The position numbers were made by a program, and so were the translations under genes. Source: Trichoplax adhaerens (taxonomy: Eukaryota; Animalia; Placozoa). From it: a DNA stretch of 64,000 nucleotides. Below are positions 57,275-64,000 of the stretch, piece after piece; position 1 is the stretch's first letter; every line of letters starts with the position of its first letter. The notes under the pieces were generated by a model, which was not told where the DNA came from, ran no database searches, and saw only the letters and a list, made by a program, of their open reading frames with translations. Location: positions 1,600,106 to 1,664,105 of the forward strand of contig NW_002060950.1 in NCBI RefSeq assembly GCF_000150275.1, written 5' to 3'.

Positions 57275-60200
57275 TTAGGAGTCAATATGAATATCATTCG
57301 GCGTCGATACTGGTTCAATAGTTTCATCGTTTATTATATTTATTTTAAGCGTATTGTCGACAGGATTGCCATTATCAGATGTAATAAAAGCAGCAGTGGG
57401 ATTATCTGCTTGGTTAGTTACATTAGTCTGGGAAAAATTCTTGCTATTCTCAATTACAACTCCGCCTTCAGAAGAATCCGTGCCTTTTTCGATGCCAATA
57501 TCGGTAACTCCAATATCACTGTTACTATCATTTGCATTAAGATTTTCATTACTTTTGCTGGCTGTCAATAAATTCTCAGCAGAATTTTTAGCGGAAGTCA
57601 AGTGGGTTTGATTTTGTCCACCTTCCAGACCGTCGTCTTCTTGTGATGAAAAATCGCTCCATTTGATATCAAGTTCACTTAACTTTTCGGTAACTATTTT
57701 TTCTATACTTCGTCTTTTCATGTTACGTTTTATCAGTTTCCTAAATACACGATCTAATCTTCTCGCAAATGTATTAACATCATCTTTTTTCAATCCAATA
57801 GCAGCAGCAGCTGTCAAGTATGCATAAGGGTAATTATTGTAATGGGATCCATAATTTTCAAATGTGACTGATCCTATTTGCTTTGTTACACCAGGGGCTA
57901 TAGCTCTGACAAAAAATCGGTACATTTAGTAATGGCTAAAGAATGACTTAATAATTAATGAAATCTAGGTAATCTGTTCGTAAGTATCCATACCGAATAA
58001 AGATATGCACAAAAAAGGTATACAACCACGTAGTGTACTTATAATTTAGAAAAAAAATACTATTTGACTTAATACCTTGCCCCAGAAATGTTTCGGGTAA
58101 AGAGCATTGACCCTAGTTCGGTTGCATGTTTAGTAGGCATAGAAGATAATGTAATACCTATTGTTGGTGTGATAAGAGTGTAGGTTAGGAGTTACTAATC
58201 ATTACAGCTAAGGTAACAACGCCATGCCATTAAAATCAGCTAAAAAATTAGTACATCGGTCAGATACCTATAGATATTGCATTATTAGGGGTGACTAAAA
58301 GTCGTTCACCGTGAGCTGATGCGACCTGTTGCAAGCGCTTTTGTAGATATCGATACATTCCCTAGAAAAAAATTCGTTTCAATAATCATATAGTATAGCA
58401 AAAAGAATCTCATGTCCTGGCCACAATATATATTTATATCTTTCCTTCGTTCTTTATATAGATATACAAATTTTAGAGTCTATTTGACGAAATATTTGTA
58501 TAAGTAAGTAGTTGCAGTAGATCGCTTTGATCTGTAAGCCTTAAAGCTAGCATACTCACTTTTCGCTCTATCAGTGAATCCTTGAACCCTTCTACTCCCA
58601 TTGATAGTAAAGTCACAAATAGATCCATAACTGGAGCAGCTGACGCACGTCCTGAAATGATAATAAAAAACGTAATAGTTAATTAATGTCTGCACTTCTT
58701 TTCATTAACTGGAAATAAGTAATCCTATACCCGGATAAGTTTGGCTAATCTTGCTGATAAAACTGTCATCAAATCCTGCGATTACAGCTCCACCGACAGG
58801 AACCATAAAATTTTTGTCTGTGCTCTGAATAAATGCATCGAGCCTGCCAGAGCGTGCAGCCTTTTAAATAAAGTTTAAAAATAGTAGTAAATTAAGCAAT
58901 TAATTTTCACAAACTGCCACTCTCAATAATATCAGTGTTCTACTATATTTATGTACTATGTACTGTATCTATATATTATATACTTATAAACCTGCTCTAT
59001 TAGATGAGTGCATTTTGAAGATTGTAAACCATATGCATTATTAACTACGTGTGGAATCTCGAATTCCTTGCACAACTTGCCAATTGCTTCTAAACTATAA
59101 ATTGTAAATTGAAATAAGATTATGTTTGATTCTCAAATTTCAATTCATGTCATGATCGTCATTGTGAACGGCGAAACCTTAATTTAGTTCAAAGCTATAT
59201 TGCGTTAACATACTTTATGAAACTATTACATAAGAATTAATACTTTATCGTACCTATCAGGAGCCCGTGGTGTAAAGCAACTTGTAGTAGTGTAAATACA
59301 CAATATTTGTTCAGGCGGTATGCCTTTCAGATGTTTTTCTATCATCTGTACATCAGTTCTTAATTCATCTTCAACTAAAATATTCTCAATGACGATTGGT
59401 TCAAAGCCTATGAATGCAACATTATCTCAGTTTACAATGACTGATTTTCAGATAGAACTATTTATAAAATTGTAGTATTTCATTAGAACGCTAAGCTATT
59501 CCTAAAGATATTCTTACCAGCTGTAAAAATAGCCTTAAAGCAAGATTTTTGATCTACTCTAGGCCAAATGATATACTTTGCTTCAGGTCTCATCTGTTTA
59601 ATGGTTAGAAAGGTCAAAACCATACTCATTCCAGTTGCCATAGGAACCACAATGCAAGAAGATGCACTCCGAACGCCTGTTACGATTTTAGAAAAGATTT
59701 TAATAGATAATTGTAGTAACGGCATGAAAACAATATTTCATATCCACATGATCACACAGTAAAAATTGGAATTGCATTCAAGCTCCAGTAATAAGTACGG
59801 TTTATGTCATTGCAAGCTATCAGCATAATACAGACTAGAGCAGCATAGGTAACACTAGTCATTATTGCAAATTAATGGGATCATTAATTCTACATATACA
59901 CGTATATTAATAGCTAGCGTAACTTTAGTCTCAAGACAGGCATAGGAGATTGACCGGGTTGATGTAAATTGTAATACTATATCTGTATCGCATAATGCAT
60001 CGAACGAAGACAAAGAGTATACTAATGACTCTGATCTAGCTAATTAGCAATAGAGATCATTGGTTTACGGTTCGTAAAGTAATCCTATTATTGCTAATTA
60101 TTAGCTCTGCTATCCCAACGGTAAGAAAGTCAACATGCGTATAAATGATGAAGCAAAAGTAAAGATATCCTGTATCTATACCTGCAATTCGAATGGCATC

Positions 60201-63200
60201 TAAAACCATTGCATTAGTTAGTTTCATCATTAGAGAAGATCCTGCAGCCTTTGGTTGTACGGCAGCAATATCGCCAGATCTTCCAATACCGTGGGCCAGT
60301 CTATCGTTATAATGATAATAATTAGCAATTTGTGCAAACAAAGACGTTGTTTACATCAAATACCAAATAGCGTAGACAGTAGCTATGAAATTATTTAAGG
60401 CATATTTATTAACATACCAGTATTGTCTGAGGTCTATAAAGAATAGTTACTGTACAGTGTTGAATAGGTACTTTCTTGCGGTACAAGCTACAACTGATAT
60501 TCATTGTGTACAGAATGACGGATACGATAACAATTATAACTTCATAATTGAATTTAGAAATATAGAGAAATTCAACATCTGCCAAGTAATATGAGGCAAA
60601 ATGATCTTTACTTATTTTTATAACTGCTCATCTATTTTAGCGCTCATTAATCATACAATATTCATTAATTAATAACCGAGGCTATTGTAACAATATTTAT
60701 TATTTCTAATATGTTATATAATTAGTTTAATATTGTACCCATAATGTCTCTGAACAACAATAGGCGATGCAATTCTACCTTCTCTTTCTCCAATCCCAGC
60801 ATTACCTATATTGGTGATATACGCGTAGTTTATCATGAACTGGTCAAGGCTCATTATGCTGAATAAAAAATGCGCATAAATATATTGCAATTTAAAAGAC
60901 TAAGTACTGTACACAGCAAGCAGTACTACGGCTTTTGTTTTGTATCATTGCTGGCTTGGTAATTATTGAAATATTAAGATTGTACTTCAAATTTAAGAAA
61001 TTGTTAATGTTGATGCAGTTTTACAGACCTAAAAAATTATTGCTGTCCATCGTGGATATTTCGTTTAATAACATTTCGATTGTTGATCTATCCCATCCTT
61101 TGACCGGTAGCTTTTTCTACCATTATTCAATCAACAGAAAGAATTAAATCGTTGGCAATAGATATATATATATTTAAATTTAAAATAAGCAATTAATTAA
61201 TAATTGGCGATAGTTATGTAGTGAAAAGATATTGTCTACATTAGCGGCGTAGTACGAAGTTAATCCCTTTATATTATATAAAAGAAAAGAGGGTTTTGTA
61301 TATGACGGTTATAGAATGAAAGCGGAAAGGATATACTGTACCAACGAAAAAATTACTTTACTGTGTGTAACTGCTAATGTGGAATGCAATGTACCCTAGG
61401 GACTCATAATATGATATTACGGTATAATTATTCTATCTGGTTATTTTAAGTGAACTTAGGAGCATTTATAGCGATAAATTTACGGCTATTATAATGATCA
61501 TCCACGGCTGCTCGGTAGAGCGTCACATCTATACAATATACACTGGGCTAAATTATGAGCATATTCTTGCTCATCATTGAATGCATGACTTTGATCGCAT
61601 TAGATTTTAAAAGAATACTTTCAGTAATCCGGTTACAGTATCACGCCGTAATGCCTTGATTAAATTAGCGCTATTCCTCATTTTTAATTTATTCATTATT
61701 GAATATGAGCATATTAGATTACATTTACGTTGTAAACATGACATACTTTTGGCACTGACTGTGCTATACTGTGAATTACGTGTACAGTATTTACATTGTT
61801 GCGGTAATTCTTTATTGATATTATTGGTAATTAAGAATGTTTCCACTAATTATAATCATCATTCTAGGCCTAATATCGAGCTTTGAAAAGCAATTGTAAT
61901 GCTTTAAACGTGGTTTAATGGATGTTCATTCAAAGATGGTTATGTACTGTACGTGTACAGTATATGACGTTCATAGTGGTTGGACTGGATCATGAACCTC
62001 TCAAGCTCTCTAAAAAATGAGGCAAGAGCATGTACGAGAGTAGAAGCATTAAGCGACTTTTGTGTCGAATGAATTAGCATACCGATATTAAACTATTTCG
62101 TAAGAGTAAATACTGTAAATTAATCTAGCGTACTATGTACAATTTTGATGTTGGTGAATAATTAAAATTATCGTTCAAGCAATTTAATATTAAGCGTTGT
62201 ATCAGTGGCACACAGCTGGATTCAGGTTGATAATTATAATAGTTTCAATCTAGATGATATTAATTCATTCATAAAGGTAAGGTATTGCCTGGGGCGATTT
62301 AATCTATCGTGAAGATGCACTTAGAGGCTTTTGATGGCATGAAGAAACGACTAGAGACTATCGTTAATAGAAGACAATGGAGTACTTTGTTCCATAGTAG
62401 ATTTTTGGTTATAACTGCGAGAGGTCTGGCATTGTTATTATTTGTTCTGTTGAATAATGATGGTTGTTAAAGTTCATCAATGTATTTGTTCAAAAAGCCA
62501 TTAAGGTAAACTAAGTTTAGCAGTGGAGTAGCAGTGAATAAAGCAGTCTTTTCTTTTTCGTTGACGAGATAGGTTTTATTCTTTACCGTAAATCTGACAA
62601 TGTAAGTTGTGCCATTAAAAATAGGAGACGTCGATAAGATTTCTGGTGGATATGCACGTACTATTCCATTTAATTAGTAATACACTATATCATAAAAAGA
62701 GATATTAATTAACATGAAATGGACCAAGTCTTAAAATGATTTTTATCGTTGTATATCGCCCCCCCCCCCACCAAAAAAAGAGGAAGTAAAAGATGGTAGA
62801 ATACAGTGGTGGTAATTTTGGGACATATCTGGTGTTATCAAGTGTAATGTTTTTACTGCCGATGATACTATCTCAAGATTGAGTGACAAGGAGTGAATAA
62901 AATTGGCCATTGCTTATGATTGATCAATGCTAGAGAATACTGCCATTGATCAGATCCGATCATAGAAGCACGTCTAATTACTTAATTAATCGATAACATG
63001 ATCTGCGATAGTGAATATGTACAGCATGCAAACTAAAGAATGTATCATTGATGGCATAGCATTCTTTCTTATACAGATTATATCCTTTTTCTTGAATAAA
63101 GTATTTATGATTGTAAAACATATCATTCCTACGTATGAGTTACCATTTAGGTCTTTAAACCATTTATGCGAGTACAACGATCATCATTGCAAGATAGGTT

Positions 63201-63780
63201 CAGCATTGGAGATGATTGAGTGCGAGGTTGCATCAATATTATAATCATTATTATTGTTAGTATGTGTGCATTTGGTGTAACACAAGAGGGAGGTAAAAGG
63301 TAGGGGGCTGCCCCCAAATCGCTTGCTATCCCTCTTGTCTATTTATTGATATCCTAGCTAAGAGAGGAGTATCTTGATTGACCTCATGTCAGTATTTTTA
63401 ACATTAATCTGAGATGTTGACCATAGGAATTTCACAAACATCCTCTATTGTTCTGCTTGATGTGAAGTATTATCAAATATATTTCATTGACAGTTTCCAG
63501 TGATTACTTTACGCTAGCTATCAAGTTAGACGGAAGTATATACTTGGTTGGCTGTTCGAATGGTTCACTAAAACAGTGGTCACCTTTTGCGCTAATTTAC
63601 CCATCAATGATACAACCCCAGTGGACAAGCAAAATGCAAACAACAATTTCAAGCAAATGCACTTACATGTTCTAAGAGGATTTTAATGTAATTTTCATGA
63701 GACTTTCTCGATTGTTTTCCTTGCTCTACATAAGTTGAAGGTAGGAAACGGCAAGCAAGAGCGAAATTTTCTACATTCAT
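57275..63780 (-). CDS. SEPSECS: O-phosphoseryl-tRNA(Sec) selenium transferase (SepSecS); about 12 exons
   Basis: Exon 1 (63667-63780) [38 protein letters not shown]; [18 protein letters not shown]; [21 protein letters not shown]; VPMATGMS; [11 protein letters not shown]; [11 protein letters not shown]; [11 protein letters not shown]; PLP-lysine motif [13 protein letters not shown]; YLTAAAAIG. Stop at 57275-57277. Confidence 0.97.
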
Positions 63781-64000
63781 ATTCTGTCATTCAAGTGGTA
63801 GAAGTAAGAGAAAATATTATTTTCAATGAAGAATTTTTCACTGCAATGGCGAATGCAAAGCGAGAGGGTTGGCCAAAGGTGGCAGTGAAGGCGAGCTGAG
63901 TGGTGCGTGTGTTGAGTAGAAAGTGAGTCGACACTTTATAAACGTACTTACAGTATAGCGTACTGTACACTGTACAGTGTGCAGTAGTAGTACGCAGACC

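Noticed and set aside
57227-57611. + strand ORFs of 114 and 85 aa
   Set aside because: Antisense shadows of the SEPSECS last exon.

Overview
AT-rich eukaryotic genomic DNA with many short GT-AG introns. The style fits a compact early-branching animal genome such as a placozoan (inference, not verified). Most ORFs in the track are exon fragments or noise. Splicing by hand gives eight protein-coding genes: two convergent prominin paralogues (5781-14636 +, 15916-23780 -), an SLC49A3/MFSD7-like MFS transporter (-), two tandem V-ATPase V0 subunit e paralogues (-) that each carry a U12-type intron, PSTK (+), AUP1 (-) and SEPSECS (-). The main observation is that PSTK and SEPSECS, two consecutive enzymes of eukaryotic Sec-tRNA(Sec) synthesis, lie about 7.3 kb apart with only AUP1 between them, and this SepSecS has a long acidic C-terminal extension. 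Non-coding structure includes degenerate tandem repeats, palindromic TACTGTAC/GTACAGTA clusters at several gene 5' ends, a duplicated ~300-nt element with complementary termini in the ATP6V0E/PSTK divergent promoter, and a 293-nt assembly gap. No tRNA, rRNA, CRISPR array or coding transposon was recognised.
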